Virus record (IMG/VR): IMGVR_UViG_3300033463_000093
Location: 1 to 64,000 of that record
DNA length: 64,000 bases
Strand: one strand, 5' to 3'
DNA from: a virus
Lineage: Duplodnaviria > Caudoviricetes
Part shown: piece after piece, positions 36,272 to 45,291 of the stretch
Numbering within the stretch: position 1 is the first letter of the stretch
Layout: each line of letters begins with the position of its first letter
The notes under the pieces: generated by a model
Seen by the model: only the letters and a program-made list of their open reading frames with translations
Databases searched by the model: none
Told to the model about the DNA's origin: nothing
Made by a program: the position numbers and the translations under genes

Positions 36272-36279
36272 CAAAGTTA
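36272..36279 (-). promoter_or_regulatory. Early promoter -7 element
   Basis: TAACTTTG on minus with TTG 20 nt upstream. Confidence 0.65.
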
Positions 36280-36874
36280 CGAAAATATTTCGATATTTGC
36301 AATACTTTTGATATATTTATGTCGATATAATTTTCCGGTTTGTACAAAAATATTTATCAAACGTCGACGAAAAGAGTATGAAAAAGTTTTTACAATTAGA
36401 ATATTCTAATTGTAGAATTTTCTAAATAGGAGGGGAAGCGGCGTGCCGGAAAAATTTTGAAAAATGTTTACAATATAGGGTCTGTGTGGGCACACAGAAC
36501 CTATATTATAATATATAATATAGGTGGGCATGTGAAAAATATTTTACAATAAATTTGCTGAAACTGCCTACATACTGGGGTTTTAGAGAATTTCGAAATG
36601 AAAAATCTTTACAAGAAATCTTGTAAAGAAATTTCATAATACGGGGTACACCCCCTTGGGCTGGCACACTTTTTGCGCGCGGTCGCCTCTCGAAAATTTT
36701 TTCCCCCGTTTTTCAACTATAATTAACAGTTATTAACACGATTTTCTACCATGAGTATTATCATACACTCCCTATGTATAATAATTATATGTATAATATA
36801 TATCGTACATATTAAAAATATTTAATTATACTATGTTTTTATAGAAATAGTGTGTGATATTACTGATATTTTCG

Positions 36875-36882
36875 TATCTTTG
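36875..36882 (+). promoter_or_regulatory. -7 promoter element for the primase operon
   Basis: TATCTTTG followed by CA. Confidence 0.55.
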
Positions 36883-37055
36883 CAGGTGTTTTGGTATAAC
36901 GCGATATAAATAGGAACATGCATGCATAAATAAGGGTTTGGGGTTTTGCGGGTTTTTGCTCATGAAAATCTCTGGAAACCTCTGTGTTTATCGGCATTTC
37001 GGGTTCCGGGTTATCGGTCACTCCTTAAAAACCGATCGCTCATATCGCTCACTAA

Positions 37056-38618
37056 TTGTTCCTTTTTGAGTTTTTTGTGAAGGACAGCGGTGTAATAGAC
37101 CAGGTGTTCGGCAGTATTGTCAAGGAGTCGATGGCTGAGTGCTACGACTTTGCCCATCTGCGTGGCCGTTGGGGCTACAGGAGCGGTGACATATACCAGC
37201 AGAACCTGTTGCTGATGAACAAGAACGTGCGTGCGCTGGCCCGTGCCTGTCCCGTTCTGTACGGTGAGGGTGAGTACTGGCTCTTCGACGGCAGGATCTA
37301 CGTCCCCGTGAGGGAGGAGCTTGTCATAGAGGCGTTCTACAGGATGGTGGAGTACCTTGAGATCATGCCTGCCGTGCAGAACAAGGCTCTGGCGAAGGTC
37401 TTCACGGACAACATCAGGTACTACAACCCGATGGTGCAGTCGAGGAACCTGATAGCCTTCGAGAACGGTGTTTTGGACATCAGTCCGATCCTGAGGGGCA
37501 GCAAGCCCGTCTTCCATACGGAGTTCTCCCCGAACTTCCATGTGACGTACTACCACCCGTACAGGTACGACGAGCAGGCGAAGTGCACGAAGTGGCTGAA
37601 CTTCCTGCACGAGGTCCTTCCCGACAAGAACTCGAGGGTCATACTCCAGATGTTCCTCGGCCTCGGTCTCATAGACTCCAGCGAGGTGTACCTGCCCTAT
37701 GAGGGGAAGGATGCCTCGAGGGTCGAGCTGTGCCTCCTGCTCATAGGCAGCGGCGGCAACGGCAAGAGCGTCATCTACAGGACGGCCAGGGGCGTGTACG
37801 GCTCCGAGAGGATCTCCGACGTCCCGTACGTCGAGCTGACGATGACGGGCGACGAGGGCATGAGGGCGAGGCTCCCGCTCAGGCACAAGATCTTCAACTG
37901 GTCCACGGAGGAGGACTCGCGGAACTTCTGTAGGAGGAACACGAGCACCTTCAAGAGGATCGTCTCGGGCGAGCCGGTGATGGACCGCAGGCTCGGCGGG
38001 AACATCACGAAGAACGACAACCTCCCGTACCTCGTGTTCCACCTCAACGAGCTTCCGTACCCGGACGACCAGAGCCTCGGGTTCATCAGGAGGTTGCAGT
38101 TCATAAGCTTCGACGTCACCGTTCCCAAGGAGAGGAGGAACCCGCACCTCGCGCAGGACCTGATAACGAACTACCCCGGCATCTTCAACTGGATCGTCAG
38201 GGGCGCCTGCGACGTGGTGAGGCGGCGCTTCGTGTTCCCTCCCAGCGAGGGGCACCGCAGGCAGCTGCTGCTGACGCAGCTGAGGAGCAACCCCGTCGTG
38301 GCGTGGGTGAACGCCTACGGGCTCAGGTGGGAGATGCGCGCCAAGAACGAGACGTCGGTGTGGATACAGTCGTCGGACATCATGGCGAGCATAGAGGCGT
38401 TCTGCCAGGACAACGAGATGGACGCCCCGTCGGGTCAGAAGGTCGGCGCCACGCTGAACAGGCTCGGCTTCTCCAACAGGCGCAGGTCCGCCGGCAAGGA
38501 GTATCAGGTCTTCGGGTGCACGCCCGACCATATCAGCAGGCCCTTCGTGATCTCCAAGGAGCGCATAGGGCTTGAGTACGTCGAGGAGAAGGGAACGTTC
38601 ATCAGGGAGGACGATTAG
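37056..38618 (+). CDS. Phage/plasmid primase-helicase, D5/P4 family (D5_N + SF3 helicase)
   Basis: NLIAFENGVLDI, Walker A GSGGNGKS, RRLQFISFD; start uncertain. Confidence 0.88.
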   Translation: MFLFEFFVKDSGVIDQVFGSIVKESMAECYDFAHLRGRWGYRSGDIYQQNLLLMNKNVRALARACPVLYGEGEYWLFDGRIYVPVREELVIEAFYRMVEYLEIMPAVQNKALAKVFTDNIRYYNPMVQSRNLIAFENGVLDISPILRGSKPVFHTEFSPNFHVTYYHPYRYDEQAKCTKWLNFLHEVLPDKNSRVILQMFLGLGLIDSSEVYLPYEGKDASRVELCLLLIGSGGNGKSVIYRTARGVYGSERISDVPYVELTMTGDEGMRARLPLRHKIFNWSTEEDSRNFCRRNTSTFKRIVSGEPVMDRRLGGNITKNDNLPYLVFHLNELPYPDDQSLGFIRRLQFISFDVTVPKERRNPHLAQDLITNYPGIFNWIVRGACDVVRRRFVFPPSEGHRRQLLLTQLRSNPVVAWVNAYGLRWEMRAKNETSVWIQSSDIMASIEAFCQDNEMDAPSGQKVGATLNRLGFSNRRRSAGKEYQVFGCTPDHISRPFVISKERIGLEYVEEKGTFIREDD

Positions 38619-38619
38619 C

Positions 38620-38922
38620 ATGGCAAGGAAGAAGAGAAAGATCGTGATGGGGCTTACGCGCCGTGAGGAGGCCGACGTGATCGACTTCATTGACAGGACC
38701 TTCGGCGGTAAGGACGAACGCTTCCGCGCGGAGCAGTGGATGGCCGCCGGCTACTATATCGTGCTGGCGGCGATGAAGATGCTGGTCAGGCAGGGGGTGA
38801 CGCTGCCCGACGCATACAAGGTCGCCTGTGACGGCTTCGGGGACCTCTTCGAGTACGTCATGGCCGACTTCGGCGAGTTCAGGGACCTTTATGTGAGCTG
38901 TCTTAACGGTGATGCGTCATGA
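38620..38922 (+). CDS. Hypothetical protein
   Basis: Start re-called at MARKKR, 1 nt after the primase stop. Confidence 0.6.
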   Translation: MARKKRKIVMGLTRREEADVIDFIDRTFGGKDERFRAEQWMAAGYYIVLAAMKMLVRQGVTLPDAYKVACDGFGDLFEYVMADFGEFRDLYVSCLNGDAS

Positions 38923-38947
38923 GGAAGGGTGGTAAATTCGGCAGGCT

Positions 38948-39520
38948 ATGATACTCGGGAGTCACAATTCATGGTCGTACCTCCCCGTGAAAAGGTGGTG
39001 GATGAGGCCGCTGGCGTTCATGGCGCGCTGCCAGTCCGTCGACATCAAAAGGCAGTACGAGCTCGGCGTCAGGTGCTTCGACCTGCGGGTGCGCTTTGAA
39101 TACGGACAGTTCCTGGTCGCACACGGCATAATAGAATACGACATCGACAGGGAGGCTCTGAGGAAAGACTTGGAGTGGATAGACGCCAGAAAGGACTGTA
39201 TGGTTAGGGTGCTGCACGAGGTGAGGACAAAGAAGCAGTATGAAACCACATCGAAGATCTTCTTTGAGAGCTTCTGTTATGTTATTCAGTCGGACTACAG
39301 GAACATCCGGTTCTGGAACGGCAGGAACCTCTACAACGAGGAGAAGGACTACGACTTCGGATGGGAGCCGTCCAACGACGGGAAGTACGCCTCCGTCTGC
39401 CCGCCGTGGCTCGTCGACGACTGGTGGCCGTGGCTGTATGCTCGGCTGCACAACAGGAGGAACCTCGAAAAGGGGACCGACAAGGAGGTTTTATTGATAG
39501 ATTTTGTAGACATAAAATGA
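38948..39520 (+). CDS. PI-PLC X-domain-like phosphodiesterase
   Basis: GSHNS, ARCQ..I..QYELGVRCFDLRVR..VAHG. Confidence 0.8.
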   Translation: MILGSHNSWSYLPVKRWWMRPLAFMARCQSVDIKRQYELGVRCFDLRVRFEYGQFLVAHGIIEYDIDREALRKDLEWIDARKDCMVRVLHEVRTKKQYETTSKIFFESFCYVIQSDYRNIRFWNGRNLYNEEKDYDFGWEPSNDGKYASVCPPWLVDDWWPWLYARLHNRRNLEKGTDKEVLLIDFVDIK

Positions 39521-40077
39521 GAACAGTTATGGAAGAGAAGAAGACATTGAGTTTCGGGAAGAGATACCGGGTTGGTAACTTCCAGGTGATAAAGATCAAC
39601 AAGGTGCTGCGCCGTCAGGAGGTGGCTGAGCTGCGCAACCAGCTCGGCATACCCATGGAGGAGCGTAAGAAGCTACAGCGGGCGCAGCTGCCGTTCATCA
39701 AGGTTGAGGCCGTCAGCGGCGTCTGGGCCGTGGAGTTTTCCTGCGCCACGTCGATGTACCGCTTCATAGACATCCTGCTCGCCCGTGCCATAGAGGCCGA
39801 GGAGAACGGGGAGAGGCTCGACATCAACAGCGTCGCGGACTTCGCGCACATCTTCAGCATGATGTTCACCGACACGACGATACTCGGCGACGGCCAGTAC
39901 CTCGCCGACAAGGGGAAGGCGCTGAGGGGTCTCCTTGACCGCCAGAATGCCGAGGATGTGAGTCAGGAGGATGATGACAAGGAGCTTGACCAGATGGAGG
40001 CCGACGAGGAGGCAAAGGCCAATATCATCGACATGGCAGGACAGATAGGAAAGGAGGCCGGCGATGAAGGTAAGTGA
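39517..40077 (+). CDS. Hypothetical protein
   Basis: ATGA overlap; start re-called at MRTVME. Confidence 0.65.
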   Translation: MRTVMEEKKTLSFGKRYRVGNFQVIKINKVLRRQEVAELRNQLGIPMEERKKLQRAQLPFIKVEAVSGVWAVEFSCATSMYRFIDILLARAIEAEENGERLDINSVADFAHIFSMMFTDTTILGDGQYLADKGKALRGLLDRQNAEDVSQEDDDKELDQMEADEEAKANIIDMAGQIGKEAGDEGK

Positions 40078-40276
40078 CAGGATCTTGAACATCATCGAGG
40101 ACCATGCGTGCATCACGCAGTTCCTCGACCAGGTGTGCTGTGCGCTCGAGAACGGCGACACGGACATGCCGAACTTCGTACCTGTGCTCCATGACACGCT
40201 CGTCACGGACCAGCTCAGCATAATCGCAAGGAACCTTACGGAAAGGAGGAAGAGGGATGAAGGTGATAGGGGTTGA
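40064..40276 (+). CDS. Hypothetical protein
   Basis: Packed ORF. Confidence 0.55.
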   Translation: MKVSDRILNIIEDHACITQFLDQVCCALENGDTDMPNFVPVLHDTLVTDQLSIIARNLTERRKRDEGDRG

Positions 40277-40736
40277 TCCGGGCGAGTCCGGCGGCATTGC
40301 CGTCATTGACCACGCCCACAAGGTGATAGAGGTATCGAACATGCCCGACACGCCCATGGACATCCTCGAGTTCCTGAGGAAGTACGATCCGTCGGAGACC
40401 ATAGTCTACCTTGAGGATGTCGGAAAGGGCATGCCGGGCCAGAGCTCGTCTGCCACGGCGAAGTTCGCCCGCCACAACGGACACCTCGAGATGGCGTTGC
40501 TGGCGCTCGGCATGAGGACGGTGAAGGCCACCCCTCAGAAGTGGCAGAAGATGTACCAGCTCGGCAAGAGCGGAGAGTACGGGAAGACCGAATGGAAGAA
40601 CCGTCTCAAGGCGAAGGCGCAGGAGCTGTTCCCCGACCTCGGCAAGAAGGTCACGCTGAAGACCTGTGACGCCCTTTTGATAGCATTGTATGGTATTAGA
40701 AATGAGTTCAGACTGGACAATGATGGAGTTCTTTGA
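40257..40736 (+). CDS. RuvC-like Holliday junction resolvase
   Basis: IGVDPGESGGIAV, YLEDV, TPQKWQK, CDALLIA. Confidence 0.85.
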   Translation: MKVIGVDPGESGGIAVIDHAHKVIEVSNMPDTPMDILEFLRKYDPSETIVYLEDVGKGMPGQSSSATAKFARHNGHLEMALLALGMRTVKATPQKWQKMYQLGKSGEYGKTEWKNRLKAKAQELFPDLGKKVTLKTCDALLIALYGIRNEFRLDNDGVL

Positions 40737-40917
40737 CCATAGACAGCTGAAGGGTATGTGGCACAGCGAGGGCCTTGTCCCGGACAATGCCGTCCTTGTC
40801 ACCTATCCTGACGGCGACCAGTATCTGTATGTGTTCTATGAGGAGAAGAGGACGACGTTCTACACGTTCTGCCAGGCATCGTGCATATTGTCGTCAGGCA
40901 GCAACAGGGACAAGTGA
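40720..40917 (+). CDS. Hypothetical protein
   Basis: Packed ORF; start re-called. Confidence 0.45.
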   Translation: MMEFFDHRQLKGMWHSEGLVPDNAVLVTYPDGDQYLYVFYEEKRTTFYTFCQASCILSSGSNRDK

Positions 40918-40934
40918 TTGTTAAATACAGGATT

Positions 40935-41156
40935 ATGGTTGAATTAAAGGAATTTATCCGTGTGACGTCCATATATGACGGGATGCCTGCCCTCATACGC
41001 TCCGCGTGCATAGAGAGCGTCGAGGACAACGCCGAGCAGCGTAACGGCGACATGATAAAGCTGCCGTGCAGGACGATATACTACTCGGGACACAGCCTCG
41101 ACGTCATCGAGGGCTTCGAGGAGATAGTGGACATGATCTACAGGGCGGAGATGTAA
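40935..41156 (+). CDS. Hypothetical protein (flagellar FlbD-like small beta fold)
   Basis: IESVEDN..TIYY..LDVIEGFEEIVDMI. Confidence 0.5.
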   Translation: MVELKEFIRVTSIYDGMPALIRSACIESVEDNAEQRNGDMIKLPCRTIYYSGHSLDVIEGFEEIVDMIYRAEM

Positions 41157-41350
41157 TGGCTAAAAAGAAGGATACCGTTGAGATGCACCGCTGCGGGGAG
41201 TGTGCCAATATCACTCCCGTGACGCGCTTCCATACGCTGAACATATACGGCGAGCCGACGCTCGGCACATGTCCATACTGGACTCTGAGCAAGTGTACGC
41301 TGCTGTCGTGGATGAGCCCCTGCATTCACTTCAGGCCGAAGGGCGGTTGA
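41156..41350 (+). CDS. Small Cys-rich protein
   Basis: CGEC..TLGTCPY..C..PCIHF. Confidence 0.6.
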   Translation: MAKKKDTVEMHRCGECANITPVTRFHTLNIYGEPTLGTCPYWTLSKCTLLSWMSPCIHFRPKGG

Positions 41351-41353
41351 CGG

Positions 41354-41566
41354 CTATGCCGAGCAGTACACCTCAACCCTGTACTCGATGTTGCAGACCG
41401 AGTACAGGCCATCCGTGAAGACCTGCCGGCATGCGCTCCTCCTTTCGGAATCCGACATGTCTATGGCATGCAGCCACGAGTCCACGACGTCGAGGTCCGT
41501 CAGCGTCACGCCCCGCATTGCGAGGATGCTCACCGCGTTGTCGGCAGGTTCAAGGCTTGTCGTCAT
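41354..41566 (-). CDS. Hypothetical protein
   Basis: Last gene of the minus-strand operon. Confidence 0.45.
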   Translation of the reverse strand: MTTSLEPADNAVSILAMRGVTLTDLDVVDSWLHAIDMSDSERRSACRQVFTDGLYSVCNIEYRVEVYCSA

Positions 41567-41948
41567 TGCACGGTCTCCCCAGCAGCTCCACGGCCTTGCG
41601 CATCAGGAAGCCTATCGTCCATGCGAAGTCCTCCGTGTAGGGCCTGACGTAATAATGTTCGCAGATGGCCGACGCGGCATGGTACAGCTCGTGCGTCACC
41701 GTGTCCCAGAACTGTTCCCCCGATGTCGCGTTGCCGATGAAGACGAGGCTCATCCTGATATCGTCCCTCGATACACACATTCCTGTGTTTTCCCGGAACA
41801 GCAGTATGTCGACGGCCGTGTCGAGGCTTCCTCCCCGCATGCCGAACGACATCATTGCCGCCCTCATCTCGTATTCGTCGAGCCTGCGCAGGTCCGAGCA
41901 CAGGATGACGCCCCAGTCGTCATCGACGTTTATGTAATCCTTCCTCAT
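41550..41948 (-). CDS. Zincin-like protein (HExxH)
   Basis: DTVTHELYHA..E.FAW. Confidence 0.65.
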   Translation of the reverse strand: MRKDYINVDDDWGVILCSDLRRLDEYEMRAAMMSFGMRGGSLDTAVDILLFRENTGMCVSRDDIRMSLVFIGNATSGEQFWDTVTHELYHAASAICEHYYVRPYTEDFAWTIGFLMRKAVELLGRPCNDDKP

Positions 41949-41951
41949 GGC

Positions 41952-42350
41952 CTATATGAACCGTTCCCAGTAGACGGGTATCCCTGCGTTGCACATCTTT
42001 GCCACGAAGCACGCGAGGACGTTCGACGGGTCGCCGTCCGGATCCATAAGCGTCTCCTCGACGTATGTGGACCGCTGCTTGTCCGTGGTCATCGTCTTCG
42101 GGTAGTCTGCCACGCTCATCATGAACAGATACCATGCCGTGTATATGTACCTGTCAGGTATGCTGACGCCGTTTGCACGGAGTATCTCCGCCACGTCGTC
42201 CACCGACCGCTGCGCCACGGGCTTCATCGTCCCTGTGGCGGAGTCCTTCGTCTCCATGTTCCCGATGGCCCATTTCGCCAGCTTACGGCTGAATTGGCCG
42301 TGATAGAGGTCCTGGTACATGGCCTCCTCTTCTGAAATATACTGTCTCAT
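41952..42350 (-). CDS. Conserved phage protein of the CCC operon
   Basis: YHGQFSRKLAKWAIGNM..DPDG..F.AKM. Confidence 0.7.
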   Translation of the reverse strand: MRQYISEEEAMYQDLYHGQFSRKLAKWAIGNMETKDSATGTMKPVAQRSVDDVAEILRANGVSIPDRYIYTAWYLFMMSVADYPKTMTTDKQRSTYVEETLMDPDGDPSNVLACFVAKMCNAGIPVYWERFI

Positions 42351-42421
42351 TCTTTTGAAAGTTTATGGTTGATTACTTGAACCCGGGGGCATCCCATGAC
42401 GGGACACCCCCTTGTCGTTGA

Positions 42422-42655
42422 TTAGATGAACCTGCCGCGTGAGTCGCGTGAACGGCGGTAGTGCTCCTCGCCCATGTCGTCCTCGGAGTCTTCCCATCCG
42501 TGCCTGTAGCCCTCACGGTAGCCTTGTTCGTAGCCACCTCTCATGCCGATGCCTTCGTGTGTGCGGTATCCTCCACGGTAGCCGTGGCGCATGTTCCCGC
42601 GCATCTCTGAGCGCATCTGCTCCTTGTCGCTGTCGTTGATGATGATTACTGGCAT
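42422..42655 (-). CDS. Small Gly/Arg/Tyr-rich protein
   Basis: GYEQGYREG..RRSRDSRGRFI. Confidence 0.7.
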   Translation of the reverse strand: MPVIIINDSDKEQMRSEMRGNMRHGYRGGYRTHEGIGMRGGYEQGYREGYRHGWEDSEDDMGEEHYRRSRDSRGRFI

Positions 42656-42675
42656 AGTCTTAACATTTTAGGGAC

Positions 42676-43218
42676 TCAGTTCTTGGACGCCGGCTCGAAG
42701 AAGTCGTTGAGCCTCGAGAGGATCTGGTCGAGTTTCTTGTCCTGTGCGTCCTGACGCTCCTCCAGCTTCTGTATGACCCTGGCCTGCGCCTTGTTCTCCG
42801 CATACTGCGGGTTGAGCGTCTCGACCATTTTCTCGTACACGGGGAGTGCCTCCTCGTGGTACGGGGTCATCTCGACATGCTTCCTTGATTCCTGCATCCT
42901 TGCGTCGATGGCCTGCAATGTGGCCTCCCTGCTGATGCTGACAAACGTGTTGCCGTTGTTGTATGTCGAACTCTCCGCGCTGACGGGGAGGTTGTTGAAC
43001 GGCACGTCGCTGCCGTCGATGGAGACGACCACGTCCACGATATTGTTCTGCCCGTTCATGGCGGCCAGTCCGTTGAGGATGTTGGGCGTCTGTGTCTGAT
43101 ACGGCATCTTCGGCTCGCTCTTCGACTTCACGACACCAATCTGCAAAACAGGCTTCTTGCCTTCGTACCTGTTGAGTACATAAAACGGCGAACCAGCGCC
43201 AATACTGTTGAAATCCAT
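42676..43218 (-). CDS. Conserved phage protein (beta domain + coiled coil)
   Basis: GSPFYVL..VDVVVSIDG..LNPQYAE. Confidence 0.75.
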   Translation of the reverse strand: MDFNSIGAGSPFYVLNRYEGKKPVLQIGVVKSKSEPKMPYQTQTPNILNGLAAMNGQNNIVDVVVSIDGSDVPFNNLPVSAESSTYNNGNTFVSISREATLQAIDARMQESRKHVEMTPYHEEALPVYEKMVETLNPQYAENKAQARVIQKLEERQDAQDKKLDQILSRLNDFFEPASKN

Positions 43219-43251
43219 TGTTTGAACCTTTTTAATGTTGATACTCCCTGA

Positions 43252-44208
43252 TTAGGTTGCCGCACTCCCGGTTGTCGTGGTGGGTGTCAGCGCCGAAGCG
43301 ATACGGTCTACCACGAGGTCGGCAACGCCTGTCGCCCACAGTGTCGGTACGGCCGTCATGCTGTTGTTGGGCAGCGTGATGGTGGCAGGCTGGCTGCGCT
43401 TGATGGCCTCCACCTCGTTGGAGATGGCGTTGAGCTGTGCGATGACTGGCGCGACGCTCTGCTGTGCGACGGCTGCGGTGTACTTCTGCGACTCCAGCTC
43501 TGCGACCTTGGCGGTGAGGGCTGTGATCTCGCGGTCCTTGCGGCTCGACTCCATAGCGTCGATCTTGTTGTCAAGGGCGAGGAAGTTCTTGTTCATCGTG
43601 TCGCTCAGGCTGTAGGTCTGCTGACAGAGTGCGAGCTGGTCGGCTGCGCTCTTTGCGGCGATCGACTGCTGTACTCCGTTGATTCCCTGTGACAGGGTGT
43701 TCGTCTGCTGACACATTGCCAGTTGGTTCTGGCAGCAGCACTGCTGGAACTGTGATGCGAGGCTTGCGTTGCCCGACTGGATGGCGTTTACCACCTGCAG
43801 GGCGTTCATGCCCTGGTTCGCGGCGATCGTCGCAAGCGAGTTCTGTACGTTCTGTACGGCTGCGTTTACGAGGTTGAAGTCCTGTCCGAGGGTTGTCGCA
43901 AGGCTCTGGATGGCCGTGCGTGACGCCTCGCCCTGGTTGGTTACTGCCTGCATGATGAGGTCGCGGCCCGAGTCGTTTGCGAGCTGGTTGCTCAGGAATG
44001 CTGCGCCACCGCCGTTGTTGCCGCCGAATCCGTTTCCCCATCCGCCGTTACCCCATCCGAACATGGAGGCGATGATGGCGAGTCCGAAGAGGTCTGCGAT
44101 ACCGTTCATGCCGTTGTTGCCGAACAGTCCGTTACCGCCGCCCACGGGAATGCTGAAGGGGATGCCGCTTCCTGCATTGCCGTCTGGAATTTGATAAATT
44201 TCTGCCAT
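43252..44208 (-). CDS. Gly-rich TM + coiled-coil protein with CCC motif
   Basis: LAIIASMFGWGNGG..QQCCCQNQ..heptads. Confidence 0.8.
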   Translation of the reverse strand: MAEIYQIPDGNAGSGIPFSIPVGGGNGLFGNNGMNGIADLFGLAIIASMFGWGNGGWGNGFGGNNGGGAAFLSNQLANDSGRDLIMQAVTNQGEASRTAIQSLATTLGQDFNLVNAAVQNVQNSLATIAANQGMNALQVVNAIQSGNASLASQFQQCCCQNQLAMCQQTNTLSQGINGVQQSIAAKSAADQLALCQQTYSLSDTMNKNFLALDNKIDAMESSRKDREITALTAKVAELESQKYTAAVAQQSVAPVIAQLNAISNEVEAIKRSQPATITLPNNSMTAVPTLWATGVADLVVDRIASALTPTTTTGSAAT

Positions 44209-44269
44209 AGTAGTTGAAATTTGGATTGTTAATAATTAAAGTTTACTCTGTCGCTGCGCATTGACAGGG

Positions 44270-44277
44270 CAAATTTA
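44270..44277 (-). promoter_or_regulatory. -7 promoter element for the CCC operon
   Basis: TAAATTTG on minus, TTG 20 nt upstream; hairpin 44246-44269 at the transcript start. Confidence 0.6.
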
Positions 44278-44323
44278 GCAACCGTATGGCTATTGTGCAA
44301 GGATTACGGCGGATAGACGCTGC

Positions 44324-44557
44324 TCAAAACGTGCAGTCAAGTATCATCTTCCCGATGATCTTATACACTTTACGCTCGCAGATACCGTACTTTTCGGAAA
44401 GGTGGGCGATGATGTATGTCGTCTTATGACCCATCTCCTTCATCATGTCAAACTCCTCTACCATTTGGAGATGCTGATAATAATCCATACAAATGCCGCG
44501 TTCGTGCAGCATTTTCATCAAAATTTCCCCAATTTTTATTAATTCTTTCACTTTCAT
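44324..44557 (-). CDS. Small HTH regulator (Mor-like C-terminus)
   Basis: IIAHLSEKYGICERKVYKII. Confidence 0.65.
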   Translation of the reverse strand: MKVKELIKIGEILMKMLHERGICMDYYQHLQMVEEFDMMKEMGHKTTYIIAHLSEKYGICERKVYKIIGKMILDCTF

Positions 44558-44606
44558 AAGTGCAAAATGTTGGTTGATTAATATTATTTTGTTACTTTTG
44601 CACCCG

Positions 44607-44707
44607 TCTCACCACATCGCGGAATAAAAGAAACCCCACAGACATGGAAGTTGGGTATAGTCCCCCGCCCCATGCCTGTGGGATTTTTCGTAAGAAATGT
44701 GGTGAGA
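44607..44707 (+). ncRNA. Candidate 101-nt hairpin sRNA
   Basis: TACTTTTG promoter at 44593-44600; 11-bp perfect outer stem and 13-bp inner stem. Confidence 0.55.
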
Positions 44708-44736
44708 TACTTTTTTATGAAAGCGGGGGACCTTTT

Positions 44737-45288
44737 CTATTCCCCTGCCTTGTACGCCTTCTTGTACTTGCACTCGTTGCACCTGGAGCGCAGGCAGTAC
44801 TCGCATGACATAGGATAGTCGACAGGTAGGTAGTAGTGGATCGTCTGGTTCTCGTCCTTCACCTCGTCCTGCTTCATCCGCGTGACGTCCACGATGAGCT
44901 TGTTGGTGTCGAGCCATTCCTTGCTGCCCACCGCCATGCCGGACTTTGCCGTCTGTAGGTCGTAGAGCATCTGCTCCTTCGACATGGCAGCACCGAGGAC
45001 GTCCTCACGCTCCTTGTTCGTGGTGTTCTTGATGGCATCCTTCTGACGTTGTGACAGCACGCTCCTCGTCTCGTCGATGCGGTTCTTGACGTGCTCGTTG
45101 TCAAGGAGCTTCTGAACCTCCTCCTTCAGCGCACGCTTCACCCATGTGGAGCCCTTGTGGAAGGCGACGATGAATGCGTCGGACGGCTCCCATCCGACCG
45201 CCACGAGGTCTGCGAACGCAAGCCCCTCTGCCGATAGCTTCAGTGCCTTGCATATCTTCTCTGTCTTCTGTGATACCTCAAGCTCCAT
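44737..45288 (-). CDS. Probable terminase small subunit
   Basis: Helical N-terminal domain, position next to the portal, C-terminal CEYC..CNEC. Confidence 0.5.
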   Translation of the reverse strand: MELEVSQKTEKICKALKLSAEGLAFADLVAVGWEPSDAFIVAFHKGSTWVKRALKEEVQKLLDNEHVKNRIDETRSVLSQRQKDAIKNTTNKEREDVLGAAMSKEQMLYDLQTAKSGMAVGSKEWLDTNKLIVDVTRMKQDEVKDENQTIHYYLPVDYPMSCEYCLRSRCNECKYKKAYKAGE

Positions 45289-45291
45289 GTC

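Noticed and set aside
37011-38690. 559-aa minus-strand ORF, plus other long antisense ORFs (3773..4633, 31079..32056, 41388..42335, 47092..47880, 47856..48578, 53980..54657, 55608..56333)
   Set aside because: Shadow frames of well-supported genes in high-GC3 regions; no motifs; biased composition.
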